64,000 nt of DNA from the human T2T-CHM13v2.0 reference genome, Homo sapiens. The notes below the pieces were generated by a model. It did not search any database. It was not told the DNA's origin and saw only the letters and a list, made by a program, of their open reading frames with translations. Positions within the stretch are counted from its first letter, which is position 1, and every line of letters starts with the position of its first letter. The stretch covers positions 23,008,001-23,072,000 of the forward strand of contig CP068257.2 of the NCBI GenBank assembly GCA_009914755.4, in the 5' to 3' direction. The position numbers and the translations under genes were made by a program. Below, piece after piece: positions 14,341 to 28,625 of this stretch.

Positions 14341-16887
14341 AGGACACCTTTATAAATTTTCATCCTGCTTTTAAGCAAATGCGGGAAGGCAGACTTTTCT
14401 TGTATCTATGTCTCAATTGCCTTTAGCTCAAAATAAACCTATGTCAAAGTGGTATATTATTTTAAGATGGTGTATTCTGCTTTCCTTCACTTGAAACTAC
14501 TCAGTAATCAATTACAAAACCAGTAAGAAATTGAGAGTAAGTTTTCATTATAGACCTTGCCAAATATAATAGCTCATAAATCAGCTAATAATATTTATCT
14601 GTGTTATATATTATCAGGTACAGTTAACTCTTTTTTTTAGAATCTTGTTCATTCAAATAATTTATTTAGAAGTAAACAAAAGTAAAAATTTCAAAGAAAA
14701 GTCAAACAAAAGAAAAGAAGAAGAATTTTCTCCCAGGATATGTAACTCATTTATTTATAAAACCATTCTCTCAAAGTATCTAGGATTCTTGAAAGACCTT
14801 GTTTTGCTTTCTTTGTTTGAAGTGAAGAGCTGAAAATAAAATCAATAGGATTACTCCTCCTCAAATTATTCTTGGAAGAGGCAAATAAGTTCTGCCTACT
14901 CTTCAGCCTTAATGAAGAATTGAAAGCATCAAAACTAGTCAAAATTTGAGGCATTAATCTCTAAGGAATGTTCTGACACAGTTCATATTCACAAGTTCCT
15001 ATTATACGGTTTTATTTTAAAATGGTGAAAATTATTGAAACTCAGATGATTAAACAGTCTTCAAAGCTTGAGTACCTTATACACTTTATATAACTGCTAT
15101 GAATATTCTCTTGAATGCTAGTGGAGGAAGGGTTATCCACAGCTATTGTAGAAGTTTTAGGGAATCACATTCTAAGGATTGCACAAAAGAAAATTAATAA
15201 AGCAACTGCTAGAAATAAACCCACATCTTAAGAACAATTTGACAGAAAGGAGAGTCTCCCAACAATTGATGTAGAATATCTAAAAAGGGAATAAAAATAT
15301 AGGACATAGATCTTGGGAAAACAGTATTTCTCAATTAGCGAGATCCAGGGAATGTGCAACTTCATTCTTTTGTTTTAACATGAGGTCTTCTTAGCAGGCA
15401 TATATTCCCAAATCAGAGACAGAGGCATTTAGCACCATTGACAGCCAAATGTCGTTAAATGTTATATTAATATAATTTATTTCCTTTTACCTGATGTCAT
15501 CCTCCCGCAGGCAAACTTCTGCTTAAACTGTATCTTTCATTTGTTTTCTGTAATTAAGACATTTGCTGGTTATCCTAATAGATTTTATACTACTCATTAT
15601 AATTCAGCAAACTGATAGGTTTTATATCAATTTTTGAATTTTCCTAATATGAGCCAACTTTTGAGAGACTGAAACTATCTTAATAGTGCCATAACAGGAG
15701 AGCTAAAAAAAATACCCAGACTATGAATAGTGATAACCACTTTTACATCAAACCAGACTATTCAGTAAACTTCTGCCAGGAAAAAACCAAGTTCACAGTC
15801 CCCTTTCAAATCACATTATTTACACAATGGACAAATCAAGAGGAAGGATTAGGCAGAGTATAAGTATACATTATGGCAGTCAAAAACACTCTTTTTGAAT
15901 GCTTTATTTCTCTGTAAAGTTAATGTGTAAAGTCACACACAAAGACACACCCTCATTCATCACCCCCATGTGATTAACAGAGATGTTCATCACAACAGTA
16001 TTATCTTTTATTTTTAAAATGCAAGTAGATTATCTGATCTTTACTATGGAAAATTGTCATAGAATAGTAGAAGGAATTTCAATTTGATTAAAAGGTGAAG
16101 CAGATTCAAATGAATGAGAAATGTATAAGAGGCAGATTGGGAAATTGGAGGCAGCAGGTTCAACTTCTTAGCTGTCAAAATCTGCCCCAGTTCTGACATA
16201 AATTTAATCATTCATAGACTAATAGAGCCATGGCTTCAAGCACTGAAAAGCAGCTACGACTTTATCCTGCTTCCAAGCTAACAAGGTAGTTTTCACAGCT
16301 TCATACATGTTGGCAAAGGACACAAGGCTCCTGGGTTAGACACAATGGCCTTTTTTACATTAAAGCACAGCACGTAGCATGAGTTTCACGTTCTGGTTGA
16401 CTCCTGTTATCCCCATGTCCCACTAAGCAACACAGAGCAGCCCAGGTAGCTACTGCAGACAAAATAGGCTTATATTACTAATAAGAAACCCCCAATCTTT
16501 CAAAAACAGATGCTAACAAACGTGGCCAGCCATGCACCTTAAAGAAAGCCATTTTCTTTTTTATTCTGGAGGAAAAAAAAACAAAAACAAAAACACTTTT
16601 CCTCTGTCCTGAAGGAAGATACCATTTCTATCCTCTAAGGCTGTATGAACATATTTGAACATACGTAATAGGATAAATGCCATCAATGACTCTGTTTAGA
16701 AGACATGCAGAAACACAAGACCGATTGAGATTTGTCTCTCAACTCATAGTCAATGTTCATTGACCTTCATTGTAATGTAGACATACAATTCAGGTGGAAC
16801 AATAAATACGTAAGGGAGGTTCTACAGAAAAACTTCATGTATAATGATATGTTTGCCTTCAGTGGTCTTTTTTTTATTTTCTATCTT

Positions 16888-16965
16888 CTAATATATATAT
16901 ATATATATATAAAATATATATATTCACTAAAAACTTTGTGATATATATATATATATATATAAATT
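16888..16965. repeat. (TA)n microsatellite, two blocks
   Basis: tatatatatatatatatataaaatatatatat ... gatatatatatatatatatataaa. Confidence 0.9.
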
Positions 16966-18096
16966 TGGCAATGCTATCTCTGTTTTCTTGTTAGAAAAAT
17001 ATTTAGAAATTGAAAATTCAAGTCTGTAGACTCCTAGGTGACTCTTCATATCGTCAATGGCTAGTTTCATGACTCCTATTCTTGTAAAAATACACGGCAC
17101 CATGCCATCAAGGCATAATTATTAGAAAAGAGAAATAACACCATATGTGTCCAACGGGTTATTACAAACTCATGCCTGCATCCAAAAAGTTATTTAACTT
17201 CAGTTTTCAGGATCTCCTTTACCTGAACATGGCTCTGTGTCATAGAGTGCCTTAACCTTGGTCTGTCTTTTTTTGTCACAAATATACAATGTATAAGATG
17301 AGATACTTTTGACTGCAGTTGCCAAAAATTTTGGGTCAGCTAAGATGCGGTGATATTTTTCATGATGTCCACTACGCCACTACATCCCTTCTGTTTCTCT
17401 TCCCTATATCCTATCTTTTCTATTTCCAACACCATAATTTTACAGTCAAACTTATCGTTGGCTTCTTTAAAATCCAAATTCCTGAATGTCAGGGGCTGTA
17501 AAATTTGTTTGAGAAGACCTAGCTCCATAAAGTTCGGTCAGTGTTCATTAAATTCAACCTAATGATTATGCAGTTTTTAAGTACAGCTGTTTTCCATAGT
17601 AACCTGAACATTCGACTAGCAGGAAGGCAAACATATTCTATTTGATTTATGTTTATTTAAACTTGACCATGGTTTTGCTTTATAATAAAAACAGTGCAAG
17701 GCTGCTATAGTCCTTTCAATTTATAATAGAGTAATTTTACCTACCAATGTTAAATTAAGTATTTGACTGCACAAAAAACAAGGAAAGATCTTTGCTTCCC
17801 TACAGACTGCAGGAGGCTTGTTGGCTGAAAGCTCAGCACAAGAGAAGTTTGATAGCATTGATCACTGCCTATCAGCAGATCATTCCAATATTCATGGTAA
17901 CCAGCAACTAAAACAGTAGGGGATGTCCAAACTGTATCTTTTCTCCTACTTATTTATCTTATTTTGTGTCCCAATAGGATATTGCAGTCGTTGTGTTCTA
18001 GACTAAATCTGATGTTACTGAGGGTCTCCTCATGTATCTGCAGGTGTGTTATAACTGAGAGAAAATAGAAAGCATTTTTTTTTTACTCTATACTGG

Positions 18097-18230
18097 TTTT
18101 TTTATTTTATTTTATTATTGTTATACTTTAAGTTTTAGGGTACATGTGTACAACGTGCAGGTTTGTTACATATGTATACATGTGCCATGTTGGTGTGCTG
18201 CACCCATTAACTCGTCATTTAGCATTAGCA
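18097..18230 (-). mobile_element. Severely 5'-truncated L1 (L1PA-like): 3' UTR terminal ~120 bp plus tail
   Basis: T-rich run followed by ttatactttaagttttagggtacatgtgtacaacgtgcaggtttgttacatatgtatacatgtgccatgttggtgtgctgcacccattaactcgtcatttagcattag. This is the antisense of the L1 3' end. ttactct on both flanks is a possible TSD. Confidence 0.8.
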
Positions 18231-18978
18231 TTTCTTGTCATTACTCTTTTAATTGGATCTCACTGGGTGAACTATCAGTAAGCCAAAACCATTGAAAAGT
18301 CTCAAGACAGTATATGCATTATGAAATGGCAAACCAAAGTCATTATTGGGTGTAGAGTATTTTCACTAAAAAACTTTGTAATTAGAAGGAACATAGTGAT
18401 TATCTAATGAAGTTAACCTATTTTATAAATATAAGGGATTATCTCATGAACTTAACCAATTTTTAAATCTGAATTTAAAAAAAGATTAATAAAATAGTTA
18501 CCTCACCAAAAATTTAAAAAAATAGCAAATGCCATCTAAATCCTTTATATTCCACAAAAATTGTTTTTCTGAGTTATTTCCATGAACAGTTCTCTGACTG
18601 CATTAATTTTTAAGTGTTGATATATTTAACAAGATAATACACTTATATATGTTGAAAACATTAAAAAGTTAAATGGCAAAAGATCTGTTTGGGATCTATA
18701 CTTTTCATCTGTCCTGGTCCCATTCACATACACTAGCCATTGTGGCAGCAGCTCACTTTACTAGTTTCCTTGTGTTCATTCAGAATTTCTATGTAACGTA
18801 TTTGATGTTCCCATTCTTCTATGCAAATGTAGCTTATAATGCCCAAAGTTCTGGATATTTAAACCCTACCAAAATATGGTGGAAATGGTTCCTTAATTCA
18901 TAGACTGTGTGTGTAAAATATACACACATATATGTATTATGTATCAGATATGAGTATATATGTGTTTTATACAACACA

Positions 18979-19003
18979 TACTCTCTCTCTCTCTCTCTCT
19001 CCC
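18979..19003. repeat. (CT)n microsatellite
   Basis: actctctctctctctctctctccctcc. Confidence 0.9.
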
Positions 19004-19479
19004 TCCAGCATATCATTTAATTGTATGGATATCTACATTTTATATAATTATTCTACAAGTCTTAGATTTGTAAATGGTTTCCTTTTTTTTGCTATTGTAA
19101 GCATTACTGTTTTGAACATCTTTGTACACATATTACTTTCTTTGTGTGTACATATTAACCCTAGGGCAAATTATCACAAGCGAGGGTGGTACATCAGTTA
19201 TGATATATTTGTAATTTGGTTTTATACTTCCAAATTGCCCTTTGCATGGTCAGTTTTGCAACACAGAGGTGTGTTGGGGGGGGGCACATGTGCACATACA
19301 TGTCTTAGTTTCTCATTGTATCTTCTCTAAGTTTGGGTTTAGAATGTTTCTGGCTTGTTAGTTTTTGCACAGACTTTCATGACCATACATATCCATTGTG
19401 AATTTCCCCATATTTCTTTATGAATTCTACCTTATAAAGCCCCTTATAAAACCATCAGATCTCTTGAGAACTCATTCAC

Positions 19480-19615
19480 TATCACGAGAACAGCATGGAG
19501 GTAACCACCCCCATGATTCAATTACCTCCTACAGGGTCCCTCCCACAACATGTAGGGATTACGGGAACTACAATTCAAGATGAGATTTGGATGGGCTCAT
19601 TGCCAAAGCATATCA
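19480..19615 (-). mobile_element. MaLR-type LTR fragment, antisense
   Basis: gagaacagcatggaggtaaccacccccatgattcaattacctcctacagggtccctcccacaacatgtagggattacgggaactacaattcaagatgagatttggatggg is the reverse complement of the same family seen at 241-652 and 31836-32170. Confidence 0.5.
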
Positions 19616-20266
19616 CCCGGGTTTTCTGAATCAACTTTTTAAAGAAGTATCCTTTTATTCAATGCATAGTTGAGTTTGGCTTTTTGATTCAATCTGAAAA
19701 TACTGTTAATTTAGTGAGTTAAACCACATCATAGTGACTGAAAAGAAAGTTATAGTTAGCTTGAGTTGTGCCATATTGTTATGAATTATGTTTTCTGTTT
19801 ATATGTCTATCATGTTATGTATGTTGTTTTTCATTTGTTTGTTATTGTGTATAGTTTTTTCCTGATATCTAAGAAAGTTTAAAAGTTTGATCTAGTGGTT
19901 ACATTTATAATTACAATTTCAATAATACCATTAGTTAATTTTTAGAAGATATGTATTAAATAATTAGTGAATAAATTTTCTCTTTTTTTCTTGTTCCTCA
20001 TTTTTCTCCACTACATGATTTTAGTGGATTTAACTATCTTTATATACTAATAAATATGATTATATTACTTGACTTTTCAACTGTAAATAGTCTTCAACTT
20101 CCCATTCTATCAGAGGAAGGAGGAATTATTTACCCAGTAGCCTTTTTTTTCCTTCACCAATAACTTTTACAGTTACGTTGTATTTACATTCTTATTCTTA
20201 ATTCCACGGTAATGCTTAGTTCCATGGTAATTTATTCTTAGTTCCATGGTAAATATATATGTATTT

Positions 20267-20333
20267 TTTTTGTGTGTGTATATATATATATATATATGAA
20301 TATATATACACACGCACACACACACATATCTTA
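20267..20333. repeat. Compound (TG)n(TA)n(CA)n microsatellite
   Basis: tgtgtgtgtatatatatatatatatatgaatatatatacacacgcacacacacacatatc. Confidence 0.85.
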
Positions 20334-20464
20334 AACTTACTACCAGTATTTTTGCCTTGTTTCTCCAGACATTCCTTGTTTGTCTTATCTAGAATTGTAG
20401 AAATTTCTAGGAACCCGAAAAAAAAAATACATATATATATATATTATTTGAGACCAAGTTGCTT

Positions 20465-20595
20465 TATTTAAGACGAAGTCTCGCTCTTGTTGCCCATGCT
20501 GGAGTGCAATGGCACAAATCTAGGCTCACCGCAACCTCTGCCTCCCAGGTTCAAGCAATTGTCTCCTGCCTCAGCCTCCCAGCTAATGGAAAAAA
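20465..20595 (-). mobile_element. Alu fragment (antisense, internally deleted)
   Basis: agacgaagtctcgctcttgttgcccatgctggagtgcaatggcacaaatctaggctcaccgcaacctctgcctcccaggttcaagcaattgtctcctgcctcagcctccc, then a jump to ctaat. Confidence 0.75.
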
Positions 20596-21059
20596 ATATT
20601 TTCTGTATGCTCACATTTTTAAATCACTTTTTCCCTATGATTTATACTTGAAGAGCAGTTTACTTTGATGAAAAATTATTGACTTATACTTACTATTTTT
20701 GTGTATTTTCTTGGTAAGTGTGTCTTTGAAGAAATATGTTAGTGTATTTTATTTCAAGGGAGGTTTAATGAATAATTTTAAATGATCATTTTCTATTGCT
20801 GCCCTGTTTTCTTCATCTGGAACTCTGTACATTAATCTTTTCCTTCTGTCTTCTGTAGACTCTCTTTGGTATTGAACGTCTGTGTTTCAGGTTACAGTAT
20901 ATTATATGACAATAATACTCTGAGCATTTTATTAATCTAAAACAAATTATACTTTTTTGACATTCTGTTAGCTCTTACTTTTTCAAGTAGTTGTATTTTG
21001 TCTTTGAATTTTTTAATTTCTGGTTTGCTCTGCTCTTTCAAAGCTGTAATTTTATACAT

Positions 21060-21440
21060 AGTTAAACATACACATACACATAATATGTATTGTATAACTA
21101 AATATACATTGTACATATATGCATATGTATATACAAATGTGTGAATTCATATACATGAATTCATATACATGTGTATTCATGTGAATTCATATACATGTGA
21201 ATTCATATACATGTGTGTTCAAACATAAATACACATGGCTACCTATTTTCATATATATACAGATATTAATACTGAACTGTATATGTCTTTATATGTATGT
21301 ATGTATATGTGTATGTATGTACATACACATTTATGAGTTTATTTCACATCCACAGAAATGTATATGTGTGTGTGTAGCTTACATACCTTAAATGTGTGTA
21401 TATGTCTACAAACACACACATGCACACACTAATACTGTTT
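21060..21440. repeat. Low-complexity (CATA/TGTA/TG)-rich block including a ~17-bp minisatellite
   Basis: gaattcatatacatgtg-like unit repeated about 5 times at 21138-21222, plus long runs of acatacacat / tgtatgtatg / gtgtgtgtg. Confidence 0.7.
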
Positions 21441-22079
21441 CATCTCCTCTGATACATGATAGAAATAATTTGTAAGTACACTTTGCCCCTTTTTTTTCTG
21501 AATGCCTCTATGTGTCAGCACAGTCCAAGTTCCTTTCATGTTGCTCATTAGTGATGAAGCTTCAGTTTGTCAGACTAGCAAAATGAGGAGGACTCCTGGA
21601 GTATGAGCAAGGGTCATATTAACCTTCCAATCTTCACTACCTAAACACTCCTTTGTTCTCCGTTGCACAGAGATTGCTTTCAATAAACTTGGCCTGTGAG
21701 ATTGATTGAGTGGCTCCATCTTCCTGCTTCTTGAACCAAAACAAACGTAGAGAGCCACTTCCACTAGCACAATTCACCCCAGTTTCTATGGTCAGTTTTG
21801 CAAGAGAGATTGCACTCTGAAGTCTTCACCTCCAAGACCATCGAATCAATTTTCAAATTGTGTATGTGTGCAAACAAACTCTTTTTCTGTAAGGGTTTCT
21901 CTTAATATCTTAGTTATGGCAATCTTTATTTGTATTCTGCTTGTTGTACATTGAACATTGTATTCATCCTTTGATAACTGATAAATTCTACTTTTTTTGC
22001 ATTGTCATAGTAACAAAACTTTGTCATGGAACATTGCTTCCCACAACTCTAACTGTATATTATTATTTTTAAAAAACTT

Positions 22080-22660
22080 TATATTTTGCCATAATTTTAG
22101 TTTTCAGAAAAGTTGCAAAGATAATCCATAGGGTTCCCAAATACTTCTCCCCGTCTCCCTTAATATTAACATTTTATGTTACTATGAGAAATTTATCACG
22201 ACCAAGAAATAAATATTGGAAAATTGCTATTAACAAAAGTTCAGATTTTATTAGAGCTTCACCAGTTTTTCAATGATTATGTTTTTCTATTCCAGTATCC
22301 AGTCCAGGACACCACACCTTGTCTCCATAATTTATTGTACCTTTGACATTTCCTCAGTCCTTACTTGTTTTCAAAGACCTTGACAATTTTCAGAATCACT
22401 GGTCAGGTATTTTGAAGAAGTCTCCTAAATTTGAGTTTGAGAATTTTTTTTCATAGTCAGACTGCATTTACGGAATTTTGTGACAAATATCACAGAAAGA
22501 AAGTGCCATTTTTATCACATCTTATCAGGTACACATTATATCAAAATGATTTAACACAGATTGTGTTAATCTCAGTCACTTGGTTAAGGCAGTGTTTGTC
22601 AGGTTTTTTCCAATATAAAGCAACCTATTTTATCCCCTTACTCTATGGAAGCAAATAAGC
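22080..22660 (+). mobile_element. Old interspersed repeat, family unassigned (ERVL/MaLR-internal-like)
   Basis: Resembles a frequently seen ancient repeat (…aaagttgcaaagataatccatagggttcccaaatacttctcc…gtccaggacaccacaccttgtctcc…gaccttgacaattttcagaatcactggtcaggtattttg…cacttggttaaggcagtgtttgtcagg). The classification is from memory only. Confidence 0.3.
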
Positions 22661-23219
22661 AAGTCCAGCCTATACTCCGAGTGGGAGGGATTCTAGTCAA
22701 TCTCCTGGAGGAGAAAGTATCTACACCTGTTATTTGGAATTTTCTGTAAGGATCATGTATCTTTTATCTTCATTTATTCATTTAAAATCATATAATACTA
22801 TGGACTTATATATCTTAATTTTTTATACTGGGTTATAATCCTATACTTCTTTATTTATTTTGTTGTTCAAATGTCTCACGCTTTTGGCATTGGGAGCTTT
22901 TCAGGTTGGCTCTGGTGTCCGTTTGACATACTCTCATCCTTCCGTCTCTTGATTACTTCCTTGCCTTCTGCCATTACAGGATATGCCATGTTCATTCTGT
23001 ATTTTGTCTTCCCTTGCTATAGATTTGACTACTTCTCATAAGCATCTTTGATTCTTTGACTGAAAAGGTATGAGAATCAAGATCTGGTCTCTGGGTTTGC
23101 CTGTTGAGCAGTTTATAAAATAGGAGCAGAGGTCTGGTTCTGATGATCTTGGCTTTTGCTATAAATCTCAATCTTCAAAGATAAAGATTAAAAATATCCT
23201 TATTGTGGAAGTTATATTA

Positions 23220-23600
23220 AGTATGTTAATCTGCTTGGGCTGCCACAAGATACCATAGGTTTGGTGGCTTACAAAAACAGGAATGTATTTTCTTGCAGTT
23301 CTGGAGGCTAGAAGTTCCGAGTTCAAGGTGCCAGTAGGGTTTCTCCTGAGGCCTCTCTCTTTAGTTTGCAGACTACTTGCTATGTCCTAGGATGGACTTT
23401 CCTTTGTGTAGTCACACATGGAGAGAGACTGGGAGATCTCTGGTGTCTCTTCTTCTCATAAGAACATCTGTCCTATTGGATCAAGGCCCAGCCTTCTGAC
23501 CGCCTTTAACCTTATCTCCTTAAAGATTCCATGTGTAAATACAATCTCAGTGGGATAAGCATTCAATATATGAATTCTAGGGGACACAATTCAATCCAAT
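23220..23600 (+). mobile_element. Old interspersed repeat, family unassigned
   Basis: …gcttgggctgccacaagataccataggtttggtggcttacaaaaacaggaatgtattttcttgcagttctggaggctagaagttccgagttcaaggtgccagtagggtttctcctgaggcc…ctaggggacacaattcaatcc. This matches a widespread mammalian repeat consensus I recognise but cannot name with confidence. Confidence 0.45.
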
Positions 23601-26600
23601 ATGACAGGGAGAGAAGGCAGGGAAATTCTGGGCAGAAGAGGGCAGGTCCCCAGCAAGGGCCCCACCCTCAAGCTGAAAAGCCTGGAACCATGGCCTGAAG
23701 GGAGAACTTACAGCCCTGTTTTTCTGCTTCAATGTTGTCTTTTCCAAAACAACCCATGGCCCTGCCCTGCCCCCATCCTGTGCCCATAAAACCCTCGAGC
23801 TCAGACAACATGGAGAGGAGAAGGAACTGGATGCCTGAAACTACAGTCAGACATCAGAGAGAAGCAGCTTGACTTCAGAGGGACAGCTTCACAGTGTAGC
23901 TTCGAAGAGGAGCCGGGCTGGTGAGGGCCGGACTCCAGGGGAAGATTATTTTCTGGTTACATCCTCTTTTCAGCTCCCCTTCCTGCTGAGGGCCAGTTTC
24001 ACTGGCAATAAAATCCCCCACAATTACCATCTTCAATTTGTTCATGTGACCTCATTCCTCCTGGACACAGGGAAAGAACTCAGGGGCCACAAGTGTGGGT
24101 GCTAACGTCTGTCACACTGACTCTCTCCACTGAGCTGTTAACACTGAAGCCATCTGTGGATGGCAAAGCTAAAGGGGCAGTGTAACACTTCCTCTGGGGC
24201 TTCAGGGTTGGTGGGCACTCTCTCCTAGACACTGCCATGGGACCAGCATGAAGTTCACTCTTGCCAGCACCCAAAAGCGCTTGGCTTGGCTCCTGCACCT
24301 GCCCACCTGCACTGCCCCTCCCGCAAGGAATGGAGCAGCGAGTGAGTGGAGTTCATCCCTGCTGTGCCCGTGCACTTCAGTTCCTGCCTGCAAAGAGTTC
24401 AGGGAAATATTCAGTTTCATCAACATTGGGAAAGGCATTAAAGAGTTGAAGAGCAATGCACTTTTCCATGCCTTGCAAAACACCATCTATACAGGAATTG
24501 ATAACCAGGGAATTTGGCTGCTTCAGCAGTAGAAAAAACTAACAAATGGTCTGAGTTGAAAATATGGCTTTAACTTTTTCTTCTTGTTCTATGTGAGGCC
24601 CTTAATACATTAACCATAGTTTGACATATAATATATGACCAAAATTTTATTTTATATTTTTATTTTTTGAGGAAACTTTCCTCTGATACATCAATGCTAC
24701 TGTAGGAAATGAAAATGCGAATGAAAAATTAAACATTATCTACCACTGAGGGCCTTGAGATTACTTTGAAACAGATTATCAGCCTGTTTAAAGAAATTAT
24801 GAAAAAACATCAAGTTATTTCTGTTTTCTTTGACAATTATATTGTATTATGTGTGCTCTTCAAAATACCAGTAGAAGTGCTTGCCTTTCCCTGCTACAGT
24901 AGGTAAGAAAGGCACCAAATTGAATATAAAATGTGATCACTTTTTCTTTTACTCTCCTTCTTTCCACAGACTTTCCAGTAAAGTCAAAACAAACAAATAG
25001 ATGTTTCATTAATAATTTTATGAGTGCTTTTGTAAAATCTGATAAACATTTAGAAACAAATTAAGGGAAATGAACAAATAATGAGACCAACAGATGCACA
25101 CAACAATAAAAGCAATCAACATTGATTCTAGTTTTGCATGATGGTCCTTGGTGTCTTGTCTGTGTTTTCTGATGATTAATGCCTCAGGAAAACAATTTAC
25201 AGAAATCAGTATTGCAATTATTTTCTGTATCTTTTTAGGGGTTAGAGACATTGCTAAACTGTAACTGACAAAGTGATAAATCTGCACACTTTACAAATCT
25301 ATCAATTCTTATGTTTTATTTAACTATTTTCAAATGCAGCATTGTGTGAAAGCTACTGCAATAAACATTTTATTGGAAAAAATTCAAACACTTAAAGTAT
25401 GTGCTATATTTTAAGAAATAATTCAGTGATACATATAAGTCAAATGATTATTTTCTGTTAAAAAGTTAAATACAGTACAGTATGTACTTATTGTACTAGT
25501 AGTCAGGGGCAGAAGTGTGGGTGCTAACATGTTTCAGGACAAATGTCACTAGAATATCTTCAAGGCCTAGAGTCTGATTAGTAAATTAAAGGACATTTAC
25601 TTATGAATGTTTGTAATATGATATCTGCAAATTTCCTTTTACATGAAATTTGAATTATTTTTAAAGCAAAACTCAGATAAAGTTATTTCATGCATATACT
25701 ATTTAGGAAATTTGCTTTGCTTTACAACATCTGTTTTAAAGACAGTATACTACACATTTTGAGAGACTGAACATAGGTAGGACACATAATCTATCCTCAA
25801 ATTTTTGAAGCTTCCAAACAAGTTTGGTAAGGTCATGTATTTCACAATGCATTACAAATTGCATATTTGATAAACACATGTGCTTATAATTTGTCAGACA
25901 TTATTGTAAATATTTTACATCTATGCCCTTAAAATGCCCTACACAAAGGGACAAAGACATGGAGTCACAAAGCTAGGATGCAAACTCAGACAAACAGCTG
26001 AGCCTACTTTCTTAAACTCAATACTATTGTTCAAAATCTACTCCAGAATAGGCATTCTAATGGGAATATATAAAGCATAAGGTATTCTTGAGTGATTACT
26101 AGAATTATCAATAGAACCATAGACAGAAAATAAGACTGGAAATATACTGTTTTTATAGCTATGAAAGTCAAAGAAACGAATTTGAGTTGAATCTGTCATC
26201 ACTAATAAAAATTTGGTGGGGGAAGAAAAGTACAAGATGATTTCTTAGCACAGTATAGGTGTAAATTTATTCGGTTAATTAATTAAATATTTGCTTATTA
26301 GCAAACTATGTATTAAATGCCTATCATAGGTTCAGGCTTTGGGATGAGCCATGCAATAAAAATGAGAAAACAAAAAACACTGGAATCTATGGAATACTAA
26401 ATATAAGTAATATTGGGACTCATTTGTGCTTCTGGCAGAGAGAAGAAACACAAACCAGGATTATGTAACCATCATACCCAGGATTAAGTTTACATTTATA
26501 TTCATCTTCTGACAGGACACATGAGATGTCTGGATCAGAAAACAGATGTTTTATTACTCCCAGCAACATAAGTAGCCAGAGTAGCATCTTGCATTGCATT

Positions 26601-27099
26601 GGTTCTTTACACTCAAGTTTCTCATTAGGTGAAAAAATGAAGATATTCACCTGTGTATGTAGTGGGGTTTGCACTACCGGGAGAAAATTTGAAATTATGA
26701 GACCTGGAGTTTATCTAGGGAAGCTGGCACATTGGCCTGTCCTCACTTCTCAAGAAAGAAGGACAAAGACCTTTGAACGAATCATCTCTGTGAGGGAAAA
26801 GGATAATCCCTGGGTTTAATTAATCTCATAATATAAACAAATGTCTCCAAAAAAGACTGGGAAGACATCTATGGGTTTATTGCTTTAGAATATGATATCA
26901 GGAGCTCCAGGATTCTCATAGGCAGAATCCATGGGGATCTTTGGCTCAATGTTAATCTGTATATGCATAGAATAAAACTATGTGGCAATGAAGGAAATAC
27001 AGAAATACCATAAACTGAAGATCCTCAGAGTTCACACTTTGGTAGATATTTGACTTTTTCCAGGCAGAGGAGAGAGAACATTTAGAATAAATGGGACAG

Positions 27100-28152
<1,053 letters not shown>

Positions 28153-28269
28153 TTAGAATAAATGGGACAGTCAATAAAGAGGCTAAAGGCATCTAGTCTT
28201 AATAATAAAGTTAAACAATTGCTAGAATTAAGGCCACTTTATAGTTGTTCTAAGTAAAAATCAAGCTGC

Positions 28270-28625
28270 TATGAACTGAACGTTTGTGTTTCTTCAAATT
28301 GCGTACATTGGTGCTTAAATCCCCAATGCAATGGTATTTGGAAGTAGAGCCTTTGGAAGATAATTATGTCATGAAGGTGAAGCCCTAATGAATAGCTTAG
28401 TGACATTATATGATGAGACAAAAGAGAAGTGATCTCTCTCTCTACTCCCTGCCACGTCGAGATACAGGAAGATGGCTATGTGCAAACCAGGAATGGGGTC
28501 CTCATCAGTTACTAAGTGCCTTGATCTTGGCGTTCAAGAATCCAGAACTGTGAGAAATAAATTTCTGTGGTTTAAGCCATCCAGTCTATGGTATTCTGTT
28601 ACTGCAGCCCAAACTGAAACACATG
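28270..28625 (+). mobile_element. MaLR-type LTR (MLT1-like)
   Basis: …tgcttaaatccccaatgcaatggtatttggaagtagagcctttggaagataattatgtcatgaaggtgaagccctaatgaatagc…ccagaactgtgagaaataaatttctgtggtttaagccatccagtctatggtattctgttactgcagcccaaactgaaac. Confidence 0.6.

Noticed and set aside
18932-19330. 132-aa plus-strand ORF
   Set aside because: It spans (CT)n and TA/TG-rich low-complexity sequence. The composition-driven open frame has no start context or conservation cue.
21138-21222. Regularly spaced ~17-bp repeats that could superficially resemble a CRISPR array
   Set aside because: The units are contiguous with no unique spacers, in a eukaryotic low-complexity CA/TA context. It is a minisatellite, not CRISPR.
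23600-24530. CpG island or promoter in the GC-richer block
   Set aside because: GC is elevated only modestly. CpG dinucleotides are sparse and no TATA/Inr/first-exon structure is evident. It is more consistent with an old LTR remnant.
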